64,000 nucleotides of DNA. Origin: Nitrospinaceae bacterium. Its GTDB lineage: Bacteria > Nitrospinota > Nitrospinia > Nitrospinales > Nitrospinaceae. The translations under genes and the position numbers were made by a program. Numbering within the stretch: the stretch's first letter is position 1; each line of letters opens with the position of its first letter. This document shows positions 1 through 10,733 of the stretch, piece after piece. The notes beneath the pieces are model-generated. The model saw only the letters and a list, made by a program, of their open reading frames with translations, was not told where the DNA came from and ran no database searches. Location: contig OZ245011.1 in assembly GCA_965223665.1 (NCBI GenBank), forward strand, positions 928,001 through 992,000, written 5' to 3'.

Positions 1-90
1 AAAATCGGTAAGAAATTGTTAAGAGACGTCCAGGGTCTTACAGGCGAGGTCTTCTATAATCAGCTAATATTAAAAATTAACTTATTGGAA

Positions 91-1491
91 TCAGTAGGCA
101 TGGCGGTTTAAAAATCCCTTCCATAGGGTGAGGGCAAGAATCTTCAAGTCAAAGAGCCAGGACCAATGCTGGATATAATATATGTCATGTTCAATACGTT
201 TTTGGATGCACGTGTTTCCTCGCCAACCATTTATTTGAGCCCATCCGGTGAGACCCGCCTTCATTTTTAAACGAAAATTATAACTTGGAATTGACTTTTT
301 GAATTCTTCTACAAAAATAGGTCTTTCAGGACGAGGCCCTACCAAACTCATGTCACCCATTAAAACATTTAACAATTGAGGAAGTTCATCTAAACTTGTC
401 TTTCTAAGGATCTTCCCAAATCGGGTTGTCCTCATATCGTCTTCGACAGCCCACACTGGACCACAAATTTTTTCTGCTTCTTTCTTCATAGTACGAAACT
501 TAAAAATCTTAAAAGACTTACCATCCAGGCCCACTCTTTCCTGAATAAAAAATATCGGACCCTTGGAATCGAGTTTAATTAAAACCGCAAGAACTAACAT
601 TAATGGAAAAGAAACTACCAAGATCAAAAAAGAGCAAATTATGTCCGTCAGACGTTTAAAAAATGAATTCCAACCATATAAAGGACTTTCGTTCAAATTA
701 ATAATCGGCAATCCATCAAAATCATCCACACCTCCTCTAAGATCCATAAATTTCAATAAATCCGGGACCACCTTAATATCGACCGCAGTATTTCTAATTT
801 TAGAAATAATATTTTGAATTTGATTATTTGATTTAAATGGAAGTGCAATATATAAATGGTCAACAGCCTTTTCCTGGACCACCTCAGAAATTTCATCCAA
901 CTTTCCTAATATTTCCATAGCCTTTTTTGTTGGACCCACTGAGGTCTGGTCGGTGACATGTCCCACAACGTTGAAACCCATTTCAGGAAAAACTTCAAAT
1001 TTTCTGGCCAAAGATTGAGCCAATTCTCCGGTCCCTACAATTAAAACATTTCTTAAATTTTTCCCCCTTCGGCGAAAAAACATCAACATTTTTCGAAGCA
1101 TTAAGTGAGTCAAAATCAGGCCCAAACTTATTTGCAGATAAAATAAAATTATGACCCCGCGAGAAATACTTTGCTGTCTGTAGAAAAACAAAATGGCCAA
1201 GAAAATAATTGTGGCCATAGTGGCACCCTTTAAAATATTAAAAAAATCATTCTTTAGTGGTTTCCCTCTTAGGGGTTCATATAATCCAGAAATTTTAAAA
1301 CTGGCTAAATAAATAATAAGAATAGGAATGATTAGGAAACTGTAGGACTCAATGGGAGGCAAACCCATCGTATCGTTAAACCAACCACTAAAAAATCTCA
1401 GATGAAAAGCCAAAAACCAAGACACACAAACAACAATTCCATCACTTAAAACAAGCGCTGATAAAAAAAACTGACTATATTTCTTTAGCAT
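91..1491 (-). CDS. wcaJ: Undecaprenyl-phosphate glucose phosphotransferase (WcaJ/WbaP family priming glycosyltransferase)
   Basis: N-terminal TM helices, central LIVGTG Rossmann-like part, C-terminal bacterial sugar transferase motifs KFRTM, SLDELPQLLNVL, SLVGPRPE, GLTGWAQING. Confidence 0.88.
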   Translation of the reverse strand: MLKKYSQFFLSALVLSDGIVVCVSWFLAFHLRFFSGWFNDTMGLPPIESYSFLIIPILIIYLASFKISGLYEPLRGKPLKNDFFNILKGATMATIIFLAILFFYRQQSISRGVIILFYLQISLGLILTHLMLRKMLMFFRRRGKNLRNVLIVGTGELAQSLARKFEVFPEMGFNVVGHVTDQTSVGPTKKAMEILGKLDEISEVVQEKAVDHLYIALPFKSNNQIQNIISKIRNTAVDIKVVPDLLKFMDLRGGVDDFDGLPIINLNESPLYGWNSFFKRLTDIICSFLILVVSFPLMLVLAVLIKLDSKGPIFFIQERVGLDGKSFKIFKFRTMKKEAEKICGPVWAVEDDMRTTRFGKILRKTSLDELPQLLNVLMGDMSLVGPRPERPIFVEEFKKSIPSYNFRLKMKAGLTGWAQINGWRGNTCIQKRIEHDIYYIQHWSWLFDLKILALTLWKGFLNRHAY

Positions 1492-2641
1492 AGGGTTCTT
1501 TAAATCTTTCTTTTATTAGTTCATTAAATTTTTGGGAAAATATTTTCTTGTCATACAGCAACGCATGCTTTCTTAGAGCTTGCCTGCAAAAACTGGACTC
1601 AATTGTTTCAAAATGTTTAACCGCTTTAATTAGATAATGTTCATTTTGAGAATAAAAATAAACCCCTGTAGGTTGACTTGTTTTTTCCACGGGAATGTCT
1701 GTTTCCTTACACCAGGAGCCTTGATCAGGAATTACAGTCTCTAGTACTCCACCCTTACCGTAACAAATAACTGGGCTTCCCATTGCCTGAGCTTCCAATG
1801 GAACAATTCCAAAGTCTTCTTCTGCAGGAAAAATAATTGCTCGGCACTGCTCATAGTAGTCCCGAAGCTCGTTATCTGAAACCCAACCTAAAAACTTTAT
1901 ATTTGAATTTGCTATTTTCTTTAAACTTTCTACTTCTTGTCCATCTCCAATCACGATTAATGGAATTCCAAGTTCATTAAACGCTTTAATTGCTAAATCG
2001 ACTCTTTTATATGGGGCAAATGCTGAAACCATCAAATAAAAATCCTTTTTCACATTTCCCTGAGGGCAAAAAAATGAAGTGTCTACGGGAGGGTATAGAA
2101 CAGTTGAATCTCTTTTATAAAAATTTTGAATCCGCTTTTGAACAAATTTTGAAATAGCGACAAATTGACTAACATTTTTATTAGCACCCACATCCCATTG
2201 CCGTAACCAGGGACGGAGCCCTTTCATTATCCACCTTACAGAGGTTTTTGCTTTTTCCTTGCTGAAATAATTTTCAAATTGATCCCAAACATACCTCATA
2301 GGGGTAAAACAGTAACAAAGATGGGGAATTTCCGGTGGAACAATAATTCCCTTGGCCACACAATGGCTACTACTCAGAATTAAATCATAACCTTTAAAAT
2401 CCCAGCCCCTTACCGCGAAAGGCATGATCGGCAAATAATATCTATAGTGAGATTTAATTTTAGGAAACTTTTGCAGAAAGGAAGTATTAATCGAATGCTG
2501 TTCAATTTTTTCTGATATGGATCCCGGAATATGTAGTAGAGAAAATAAATCTGCTTGGGGAAATAGATCGCAGAAAACTTCCAAGCATTTTTCCCCACCC
2601 CGCATACCGGTAAGCCAATCATGAACGATGGCTATCTTCAT
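1475..2641 (-). CDS. Glycosyltransferase family 4
   Basis: MKIAIVHDWL..GGEK N-terminus and EDFGIVPLEAQA GT4 motif; overlaps wcaJ start. Confidence 0.9.
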   Translation of the reverse strand: MKIAIVHDWLTGMRGGEKCLEVFCDLFPQADLFSLLHIPGSISEKIEQHSINTSFLQKFPKIKSHYRYYLPIMPFAVRGWDFKGYDLILSSSHCVAKGIIVPPEIPHLCYCFTPMRYVWDQFENYFSKEKAKTSVRWIMKGLRPWLRQWDVGANKNVSQFVAISKFVQKRIQNFYKRDSTVLYPPVDTSFFCPQGNVKKDFYLMVSAFAPYKRVDLAIKAFNELGIPLIVIGDGQEVESLKKIANSNIKFLGWVSDNELRDYYEQCRAIIFPAEEDFGIVPLEAQAMGSPVICYGKGGVLETVIPDQGSWCKETDIPVEKTSQPTGVYFYSQNEHYLIKAVKHFETIESSFCRQALRKHALLYDKKIFSQKFNELIKERFKEPYAKEI

Positions 2642-2713
2642 GGTGGGATTTTAGGTGAGACAGTTAATTAAAAAAAGATACGTAAACCTAATTTCTATCT
2701 TTAGAGTAAGGGA

Positions 2714-3700
2714 CTATTTAATCTCCATCAACTGTTTTTCTATTTTTTTTCTAACTTCTTGAGGTGGGTTACTTTTTAATGCTGCTTCCAAAATATCCAA
2801 AGCCCGTCCCGTATCACCCTTCTTCTGATAACTTATTCCCATTAGCAATCTTGAATCATGGACTTTGTTACCGTTGGGATACTGATCAAGAACATTTTGA
2901 AATTGATTAATTGCTTCATCAAACATTTGTAACTTCAGATAATTGCTACCAATCCAGAACACAACATTATCTTTTAAGCTGTCCGGAGGATTTTTCAAGC
3001 TATATTCTTGGAATAACAATATGGACTCATCATAATTTCCCGCTCGATAGGCTGATAAGGCTTGGTCATACTCTGGAGGAGTCTTAAAAGAAGATTTCAT
3101 TCTAGGTTTAGCGGATTTACTAACCTTAGCCATTCGCGGCTGACTACTACTCTTTAAATCAGAAATCTCGCTATTCAGTCGAGCGATTTCTTCCTTAAGA
3201 GCTAATACCTCTGGTTCCAAGGATTGCGTTTCCATTGAAGCGGACCCTAAAGAACTCTCTAAACGATCCTGAGTTGCAGTAATTCTAGGTTCCATAGATT
3301 GAACAATTTCTTGCAATTCTCTTACCCGTGTTATTAAAGCTTCTTGCTGACTTTGCAGGGTTTCAATATCTGTTTTTAATTCTTTTTGGTCGGTATTTTG
3401 ATCTACACTAGCAAAGCCTCCCGTTCCCTCTTCGGAAAAAACATCGCCATCACTTGATCCCTGCGAACTAGATTTTTGCTCCCCTTCTGAAAAAAAATCA
3501 TCTTCCTTTGACTTTCCAGAAGCTTGATCAAATTCTGGATCGGGCTCACTGAATTCCTGTTCAAAGGCCAAATCTTCCTCATCAACATCTTTTTTACCGA
3601 ATGGCCATAGACTGCAACCGCTAAGGATTAAAGAGGAAGAAACCAACACAATTCCAAAGATTCGGAAAATTGGCTTATCGAGGGGCATAATTTTCTCCAT
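2714..3700 (-). CDS. CpoB/YbgF-like lipoprotein (coiled coil plus C-terminal TPR)
   Basis: Lipobox LSGC, acidic linker, coiled coil, TPR repeats with YPNGNKVHDS resembling the YbgF C-terminus. Confidence 0.7.
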   Translation of the reverse strand: MEKIMPLDKPIFRIFGIVLVSSSLILSGCSLWPFGKKDVDEEDLAFEQEFSEPDPEFDQASGKSKEDDFFSEGEQKSSSQGSSDGDVFSEEGTGGFASVDQNTDQKELKTDIETLQSQQEALITRVRELQEIVQSMEPRITATQDRLESSLGSASMETQSLEPEVLALKEEIARLNSEISDLKSSSQPRMAKVSKSAKPRMKSSFKTPPEYDQALSAYRAGNYDESILLFQEYSLKNPPDSLKDNVVFWIGSNYLKLQMFDEAINQFQNVLDQYPNGNKVHDSRLLMGISYQKKGDTGRALDILEAALKSNPPQEVRKKIEKQLMEIK

Positions 3701-3817
3701 TTTGAGCCGAAAAAAGAATATGGCCTTTAAAATTAATAATATACAAAAATCAAATTAATCTTAACACAAAATTTGCTCTAAATTCCATATTTATAATATT
3801 TTTTAACCCTCCAACAA

Positions 3818-4978
3818 TTATGTAAGGTTGGAAATCGACTTTTTCTCTCTAATTTCCAGGATAATATTTTTAATATATTCAAAAGCTTTTTCTACCTCAT
3901 CTTCCGTAGTGTGCCGTCCTAAACTAATTCGAATAGAGTTAAATATTTTTTTTTCTGTAACTCCCATAGCAATTAAAACTTCAGAAGCTAATGCAGAACC
4001 TGAACTACATGCGGTTCCAGTAGAAATTGCCACCCCCATTAAATCTAATTTAATCATTAAGGACTGACCATCAACTTCGTCAAACCCCAAACAAAGGGTA
4101 TTTGGAAGACAATCTTCGGAAGCTCCCCAAAAATCAACCCCAACAATCTCACTGAGTATTTTATTTTTAAGGATGTCACGCAATCGACGAATTCGTTTGG
4201 AATCTTGTTGAACTCTTTTTTTTGCAATCGAAGCCGCTTTTCCCAAACCAACAATACCGGGGATATTTTCAGTTCCTCCTCGTCTCTTTTTTTCTTGTCC
4301 TCCGCCTGAAATCAAAGGGAATAAAGGAGGAGTTCCACGCTTAACATATAATGCACCCACACCCTTTGGACCATAAATTTTATGAGAGGATATGGAAAGC
4401 AAATCAATGGAACCATTAGATAAGTCCACCGGGATTTTCCCAACACTTTGAACTGCATCTGTATGAAAAAGAATTCCCCTTTCTTGAGCGATCCGGGAAA
4501 TTTCCTCGATGGGCTGAAGCGTCCCAACTTCACTATTAGCATGTTGAATAGAAATCAATGTGGTTTTAGGAGTTATACAATCTTGGATGGTTTCCTCATT
4601 TACCTTTCCAAAAGTATCTACTGGAACATAGTCAATTTTAAACCCCTGCTTCTCCAGATTTTTACAAGCGTTTAAAACGGCTGGATGCTCGACCTGGCTT
4701 GTAATGATATGATTTCCTTTTTCCTTTAATCCCCATGCAACACCCGAAATAGCAAAATTATCCGATTCCGTTCCCCCACTTGTAAAAATTATTTCTCCAG
4801 GACGGCAAGTTATTAAATCAGCAACCTGCTCCCTTGCTTCATCCATTTTTACTCTTACTTCACGACCTAAAGCATGGGTACTGGAGGCATTGCCAAAAAA
4901 ATCCCTAAAAAAAGGAAGCATTTCCTCTAGAACTTCCGGCTCTAAAGGGGTCGTTGCATTGTAATCAAAATAAATCAT
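3818..4978 (-). CDS. iscS: Cysteine desulfurase IscS/NifS family
   Basis: YFDYNATTP, FTSGGTESDN, HTDAVQ, SSHKIYGPKG (PLP Lys), STGTACSSG (catalytic Cys). Confidence 0.92.
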   Translation of the reverse strand: MIYFDYNATTPLEPEVLEEMLPFFRDFFGNASSTHALGREVRVKMDEAREQVADLITCRPGEIIFTSGGTESDNFAISGVAWGLKEKGNHIITSQVEHPAVLNACKNLEKQGFKIDYVPVDTFGKVNEETIQDCITPKTTLISIQHANSEVGTLQPIEEISRIAQERGILFHTDAVQSVGKIPVDLSNGSIDLLSISSHKIYGPKGVGALYVKRGTPPLFPLISGGGQEKKRRGGTENIPGIVGLGKAASIAKKRVQQDSKRIRRLRDILKNKILSEIVGVDFWGASEDCLPNTLCLGFDEVDGQSLMIKLDLMGVAISTGTACSSGSALASEVLIAMGVTEKKIFNSIRISLGRHTTEDEVEKAFEYIKNIILEIREKKSISNLT

Positions 4979-5062
4979 TAATGCTTATCACACTATTGGA
5001 AAAGATTTTAAATTAATTATTTCTTACAAGAATGAATTCAGAAAGAGAACGCAAAACAATCT

Positions 5063-5788
5063 TTACGTATCATTTGAAGCTTTTTTAATGGTAGTATTCG
5101 GATTTAAGGGAACGGGTTCCGATGGTTCTGACCCTTCAACATTTTTATCATCTAAAGATTCTCTTAAGGTGCGAATTTCTTTTTCCATTTGCGGAAGTCG
5201 ATCCAAGACGCATTCAATGGCCTGGGCAACAGGATCTGGAAAAATCTCTTCACCATCTTCATCCTCAGCAGATATACCAGAAAATACAACCCGACCAGGA
5301 ACCCCAATAACAGTTGAATAAGCTGGAACACTTTGCACCACTACTGATCCAGAACCAATTTTACTGTTATTTCCAACTGCTACAGGACCTAATACCTGAG
5401 CACCAGCTCCAATTACAACATTGTCCCCAATGGTTGGATGTCGTTTACCCTTTTTCATACTTAATCCCCCTAAGGTTACACCATGATATAAAAAAACATT
5501 ATCACCAACCTCAGAAGTTTCTCCTATGACAACACCCATTCCATGATCAATAAAAAAACGCCGCCCAATTTTTGCAGCAGGATGAATTTCAATTCCAGTA
5601 AGCCACCTCGCCACATAAGAAATGAATCTGGCTATTAATTTAATATTATGCTTCCAGAGCCAATGATTAAAACGGTAAGCAATTACAGCATGGACCCCTG
5701 GGTAGCAAATTAAAACTTCCCAGGGATTTCGGGCCGCGGGGTCTTTTTCAAGAGCAATATTAATATCTTCTTTTATTTGTTTCAGCAT
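5063..5788 (-). CDS. cysE: Serine O-acetyltransferase
   Basis: [33 protein letters not shown] hexapeptide-repeat motifs. Confidence 0.95.
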   Translation of the reverse strand: MLKQIKEDINIALEKDPAARNPWEVLICYPGVHAVIAYRFNHWLWKHNIKLIARFISYVARWLTGIEIHPAAKIGRRFFIDHGMGVVIGETSEVGDNVFLYHGVTLGGLSMKKGKRHPTIGDNVVIGAGAQVLGPVAVGNNSKIGSGSVVVQSVPAYSTVIGVPGRVVFSGISAEDEDGEEIFPDPVAQAIECVLDRLPQMEKEIRTLRESLDDKNVEGSEPSEPVPLNPNTTIKKASNDT

Positions 5789-5858
5789 CTTCTCAAATGA
5801 ATCGTAAATTCAAGGCTTTGTTGAATTGTAATATAACCCTAGCTTAAGGGCAATATTC

Positions 5859-5902
5859 AAAAAAACAAAACCCCAACCGGATAAAAATCTATCAGCTGGG
5901 GT
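5859..5902 (-). terminator. Probable intrinsic terminator after glycine-zipper gene
   Basis: Minus strand ACCCCAGCTG...CGGTTGGGGT imperfect stem followed by TTTGTTTTTT. Confidence 0.6.
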
Positions 5903-5935
5903 CGAATATAGTAAAGGCAATCAAAAGGGGTCGAA

Positions 5936-6328
5936 TCAGTCAATTACATTGTGCCCCCGGTTACGCATACAATTTCTATAAGCATATTTAAATCGATCTT
6001 CCGAGCTAAAACCCTCTCTGGCCCCACCTCCAAACCCGCCAGCAGCGGCACCAATTGCAGCTCCTGTCCCTGGGTTTCCAGTGGCTGCACCAATAGCCGC
6101 ACCCGCAGCCGCTCCGATCATTCCTCCGATAATGGTCCCACGAGCGGTATTTTGGGCGGTTCCACCTGAAGCTTGCAAGGCTAAGGAACGACATTCATAT
6201 AAATCTTGACCAATACGGTCGGAGCGCGGATCACCATAAGGATCCACCGTCGGTTGGTACCCTCCCTGCGTTGCACACCCCGAAAAGTAAAAAGCGCCTA
6301 AAATGATCACTACTGGTATGAGTCTCAT
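5936..6328 (-). CDS. Glycine-zipper lipoprotein
   Basis: Start moved to ATG 6328 (GGAGG upstream); lipobox FSGC; GAAAGAAIGAA glycine zipper; C...CMRNRG motif. Confidence 0.8.
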   Translation of the reverse strand: MRLIPVVIILGAFYFSGCATQGGYQPTVDPYGDPRSDRIGQDLYECRSLALQASGGTAQNTARGTIIGGMIGAAAGAAIGAATGNPGTGAAIGAAAGGFGGGAREGFSSEDRFKYAYRNCMRNRGHNVID

Positions 6329-6639
6329 CTTCCTTCCTCCTGTTAAAGGAACATACAATCCCGGCAATCCCTATGCCTGAGGCAATTGACAAATTCAATT
6401 TTTTCCAAAAAAACATAAAACCATTATTTCCATCAAGTTTATCGCTTACCAGAATGAAATGTCAAAACCAAAGATTATTACAAATTAAGTCTCTTTTACA
6501 GCAAACCGCGTTTTGATTTAAAAATTTTGGAGAACTTTATCTATCTATTATTAATCTGGGGTGGCAACCATTGAGGACAAACTTACCAAATAGAACAAGT
6601 AAATTGTATATGGGAAATTAAAATATATTTTTTCAATAT

Positions 6640-7446
6640 CTAGGCTGATTTTTCTTCTTGAACGGAATCGCTATCTACTATCAATCCGGGTTCAACCTCA
6701 TGAAAACCCTGCAGTACTTTTTCTTGAGTTTCTTTATCAGAGGTTAAAATCACCCTTATAGGTTCATTAACTCCAAGCTGTTGAATCCGAATTAAACTCA
6801 TTCTTATCAATTCCAATAAAGATAAAAACGTTACTATTAATTCATCTTTTGTTTGAAGTTCCTCAAATAATGATTCAAAAATCAAACTTTGCCTGGCATT
6901 TAACATATCTAAAACAATTCGAAGTCGCTCTGCTACTGAAAGAGTGGTAATCTTAACTTCATAATCTTTACGAAAAGAATTTTCTTCAAGTATTTTTTTA
7001 AAAGCACTGAATAAATCAAACACAGTGGCATCCACTAAAGTATCGTCTCCTTCTTCCTCGAACACAAACTCACTTTGTCGAAAAAACATTTGTTGACGAT
7101 CATGTTCTTTTTGCCTCAATTCAAATGCTGCATTTTTAAAGCGCCTATATTCCATTAATCTTCTAACTAGAGCCGCCCTGGGATCTTCACCATCTTCATC
7201 TTCATCATCAGTTTGCACTTGAGGGAGCAGCAATTTCGATTTTATGCGTGTTAATTCAGCTGCCATCAGTAAATATTCACCAGCTATTTCTAAATTCAAA
7301 TCTTTAAGAAGATCAATATATTCCAAATATTGTTTTGTAATTTTTGCAATGGGAATATCGTAAATATCCATTTTCTGTTCTTTAATCAAATGAAGAAGCA
7401 AGTCTAGGGGCCCTTCAAAAATATCTAGTTTAAATTGATAAGTCAT
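6640..7446 (-). CDS. scpA: Segregation and condensation protein A
   Basis: FEGPLDLLLHLI, YLLMAA, KSKLLLP, TFLSLLEL kleisin motifs. Confidence 0.93.
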   Translation of the reverse strand: MTYQFKLDIFEGPLDLLLHLIKEQKMDIYDIPIAKITKQYLEYIDLLKDLNLEIAGEYLLMAAELTRIKSKLLLPQVQTDDEDEDGEDPRAALVRRLMEYRRFKNAAFELRQKEHDRQQMFFRQSEFVFEEEGDDTLVDATVFDLFSAFKKILEENSFRKDYEVKITTLSVAERLRIVLDMLNARQSLIFESLFEELQTKDELIVTFLSLLELIRMSLIRIQQLGVNEPIRVILTSDKETQEKVLQGFHEVEPGLIVDSDSVQEEKSA

Positions 7447-7506
7447 AGTTTTTTCAGGGATTTCTTCTTCCCTTCTCCAGAATAAAAATTATGAAAATAA
7501 GTGGGA

Positions 7507-8244
7507 TTAAATATCGCCCCATATATGTTGCAATAAAGACAAAACTACTAAGGATGCTGAATCGGCTCTAAGCTTTCTCGGCCCTAGAGAAACAGTTTTA
7601 AAGCCATAACATTTTGCCTGTTCAACTTCCTCTCGAGACCAACCTCCCTCTGGACCCACGAGAAATGCAATACTTTTAATATCACTTTCCTTTGAGAAAT
7701 CCCTCAGGCTGGTAATTGCTTCTTGTTCCCAAAAAATAAATTTCAAATCAGATTCCTGAACCAAATCAAAATATTGCTTCAAATCTAAAATTGAGGGATA
7801 CACCTCAGGTATTTTTGTTCTTTCACTTTGTTTAGAAGCTTCTTGAGAAATTCTTTGCCATCGTTCAAGTTTTTTTGACTCTTCAGCTTTTTTAAATTTG
7901 GGAATGCTACGAATAGTATGAAGAGGAACGACCGAACCAACGCCCAATTCTACCGCTTTTCGCACCAAGTTATCAAATCGATTCCCTTTTATTAGAGACT
8001 GCCCCATCCAAATAAAAACTGGAGATTCTGTTTCTAGCTTTTGTTGCGCAACAATTTTTCCCTTTACTTTGTCATGTTTAACCTCCATTACTTCAACTTT
8101 AAACTGATTTCCATTCCCATCTAATGCGTAAAAACAATCTCCTTTTTTAAGACGTAATACCCTTCCTATGTGATTTACGTCCGGACCCACTATTGTAACT
8201 AAGTCTTCTGAAAAACCTTCAAGCGGTACAAAAAAACGATGCAT
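7507..8244 (-). CDS. rsmE: 16S rRNA m3U1498 methyltransferase
   Basis: MHRFF, HIGRVLRL, KAVELGV, EASKQS, VGPEGGW, SLGPRKLRAD SPOUT motifs. Confidence 0.93.
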   Translation of the reverse strand: MHRFFVPLEGFSEDLVTIVGPDVNHIGRVLRLKKGDCFYALDGNGNQFKVEVMEVKHDKVKGKIVAQQKLETESPVFIWMGQSLIKGNRFDNLVRKAVELGVGSVVPLHTIRSIPKFKKAEESKKLERWQRISQEASKQSERTKIPEVYPSILDLKQYFDLVQESDLKFIFWEQEAITSLRDFSKESDIKSIAFLVGPEGGWSREEVEQAKCYGFKTVSLGPRKLRADSASLVVLSLLQHIWGDI

Positions 8245-8252
8245 TTTACAAA

Positions 8253-8972
8253 TTATTTTGAAATTTTAAGCAGGTCGGTTAAGGAAGAAATTTCGTAGTT
8301 AGGAACGATTCCAGATGGAAGAACCTTATGGTTTCTATTAATCCAGGCTGACAAAATTCCCACCCCTTGAGAACCCTCTACATCTGCATGCAAGTTATCT
8401 CCTACATATAGTATCTCTTCAGGTCTATAGTTCAAGCGATGAATGGCTAACTGGAAGATGGAGGAATGTGGCTTACGAAAAGGAACGACTGAAGAATATA
8501 TTGAAAACTCAAAATAAGGGTTCAGACCAGAAAGGGATAATTCATACTCTTTCATATATCCAGGGTTAGTGGTATTGGAAATAATACCCATTCGAACTCC
8601 CATTTCCTTTAATGCATCCAATGTGGGAATAACGTCCGAATAAACCTTTCTCCTTGAATATATGACTGAGTAATATTTTTTAACCAGGTCTTTAATATCA
8701 AATTTTCCATTTAAGCTAACACTATTTTGAATCAACAAATAATTTAGGGCATTTTCAAAATTAGCTTCCAAACCGGTTTCTCGAGATATTTCAATCATTC
8801 GATAAAAGTGAAGTTTAAAGGTTTGATAGAAACTTTCAAAAGATACCAAATTAATATTTTCGGATTCCAAAAAGTCATAAACAAACTTTAGAGGTTCCCG
8901 ATCATTTTCATTAACCAAGTCAACTAAAGTGTAAGCCCAATCAAACAGGACTGCTTTATAAGGAAATTCCAC
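8253..8972 (-). CDS. HAD-superfamily hydrolase
   Basis: LFDWAYTLVD motif I variant, IISN, RKP, YVGDNLHADVEG. Confidence 0.85.
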   Translation of the reverse strand: MEFPYKAVLFDWAYTLVDLVNENDREPLKFVYDFLESENINLVSFESFYQTFKLHFYRMIEISRETGLEANFENALNYLLIQNSVSLNGKFDIKDLVKKYYSVIYSRRKVYSDVIPTLDALKEMGVRMGIISNTTNPGYMKEYELSLSGLNPYFEFSIYSSVVPFRKPHSSIFQLAIHRLNYRPEEILYVGDNLHADVEGSQGVGILSAWINRNHKVLPSGIVPNYEISSLTDLLKISK

Positions 8973-9178
8973 AAAAAACGCCTCTCATAAAAATAAATTA
9001 AAAATCCTTATTTAATAAATAGTTATTTATTTCTTTTAAATGCAAAACATTAATTTTGAAAAAGGGGAGCTTCTTTTTCTACTAACAATTCCAAATTGAA
9101 TTATTTGCAGAGGTTTAATATTATCACAGTCTATCAATCTCTTATCAATTCGGTTTCCTTTATTGGATTTAATTAATA

Positions 9179-9724
9179 ATGAAATCACAGAATCAAAAAT
9201 TGAAAAGTTTTCCCTCTAACATTTGCAATAATAAAGAACTAATTCAGGAGGCAATTGATCTTGGTAGCGTTCAGACCAAGATTATCTTAATTCAAAATAT
9301 TGCATTAGGAAATTGGATTAAACTTCAATGTCAATTTGGGTGCTCCTATTATGGGCGTAGACATACCTGCCCAGGCTATTCTCCCTCCAGTTTTGAAATG
9401 GCAGAAATTCTTTTGGACTATCAGAAAGTCTTGGTTGTAGAGTCCACTTCGTCGGAACTCACCAACAACATAGTATTGAATTTGGAAAAAAGATTTTAAC
9501 AAAAAGGTATGTATAAAGCTTTTGCACTTGGAGCCACTCCCTGCAATCTCTGCGAAACGTGTAATACAGAAGTGGCTTGCAAATATCCCGAAAAAGCTCG
9601 CCCCACCATAAAAGCCTGTGGCATCGATATAGCCCAAACACTAAATAATATAGGTTGGATTTTTGATCCTAAAAATGAACCCTGTTCTTCTCAATTACCC
9701 CTCGGAATGGTTTTAGTCAATTGA
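9179..9724 (+). pseudogene. DUF2284-like Cys-rich metal-binding protein interrupted by an in-frame TAA (9497-9499)
   Basis: ORFs 9179-9499 and 9509-9724 share one frame (TTT TAA CAA AAA GGT ATG); joined they give CQFGC..YG..TCP and PCNLCETC..CKYPEKARP..ACGID, the two halves of one family. Confidence 0.7.
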
Positions 9725-9741
9725 TCCTTTTACCTAAACCT

Positions 9742-10611
9742 TTAAGAATTAACTGAACTTCTTAGGGCAGCAATCCTCTCTTCAAGTGGAGGATGGCTCA
9801 TAAAAAGCTTTTTAATTCCTCCCGCCAAACCACCATTTATTCCAAAAGCCGCAATTTGATCTGGAAGTCTTGAGGGCTTTCCTACTTCCTGAAGGCGATT
9901 CAGGGCGGAAATCATATCCTCTCTACCCTCGAGGTTTGCCGCACCAGCATCGGCAGCAAACTCTCGCCGACGACTAAACCACATGACTATCATAGTGGCT
10001 AAAAAACCAAGAACAGTCTGCGCTATCATATAAGTTCCTGTGTATCCCATACCCATTCGACCTTCACTTCCATCCCTACGATCCACCATAGCTGATATTG
10101 CCCGAGCCAAAACCATCACAAACGTATTAACTACCCCCTGAATTAAACACAGAGTAACCATATCTCCATTAGCCACATGGGACACTTCATGTGCCAGTAC
10201 AGCTTCAACTTCTTCCTTATTCATATGGTTTAATAAGCCGGTACTGACTGCCACAAGAGCACTATTTTTATTAGCTCCCGTCGCAAAAGCATTTGGAGCA
10301 GGAGAATTAAAAATGGCTACTTCTGGCATACCTATCCCAACTTTTTGGGATTGCAATCGCACTGTTTCAACCAACCATTTTTCTGTGTCGTTTTTAGGAG
10401 TTTCAATAACCTGAGCTCCTGAAGACCTCTTGGCCATACTTTTAGACATCATAAGGGAAATGAAAGACCCACCAAGACCCATAACTCCGGCTATGAGAAT
10501 AAAAGGAGTCCAATTCATTCCTGGTTGATTTAAACCAATCAGATTAAGAATAAATGTCAGTACAATTAATACAGCAAAGTTAGTGATTATAAATAAGCCT
10601 GCCCTCTTCAT
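9742..10611 (-). CDS. htpX: Protease HtpX (M48 zinc metalloprotease)
   Basis: PNAFATG, VAVSTGLL, AHEVSH zinc motif, SRRREFAAD, SHPPLEERI; probable start ATG 10611. Confidence 0.95.
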   Translation of the reverse strand: MKRAGLFIITNFAVLIVLTFILNLIGLNQPGMNWTPFILIAGVMGLGGSFISLMMSKSMAKRSSGAQVIETPKNDTEKWLVETVRLQSQKVGIGMPEVAIFNSPAPNAFATGANKNSALVAVSTGLLNHMNKEEVEAVLAHEVSHVANGDMVTLCLIQGVVNTFVMVLARAISAMVDRRDGSEGRMGMGYTGTYMIAQTVLGFLATMIVMWFSRRREFAADAGAANLEGREDMISALNRLQEVGKPSRLPDQIAAFGINGGLAGGIKKLFMSHPPLEERIAALRSSVNS

Positions 10612-10733
10612 TGATTTCCCTCCCCACAAAATAAATTTTCTCAAAATGAATTAGATAAGAAAGAATTTTGAACTATGGTGTGGTTTCGCTAATTTTATAA
10701 TACTTAAAAAGGGGAGAAAAGAAAAATCGATTC

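Noticed and set aside
5898-5936. Short direct repeat GGGGTCGAAT occurring twice
   Set aside because: Only two 10-bp copies, one overlapping a terminator; not a CRISPR array or target-site duplication.
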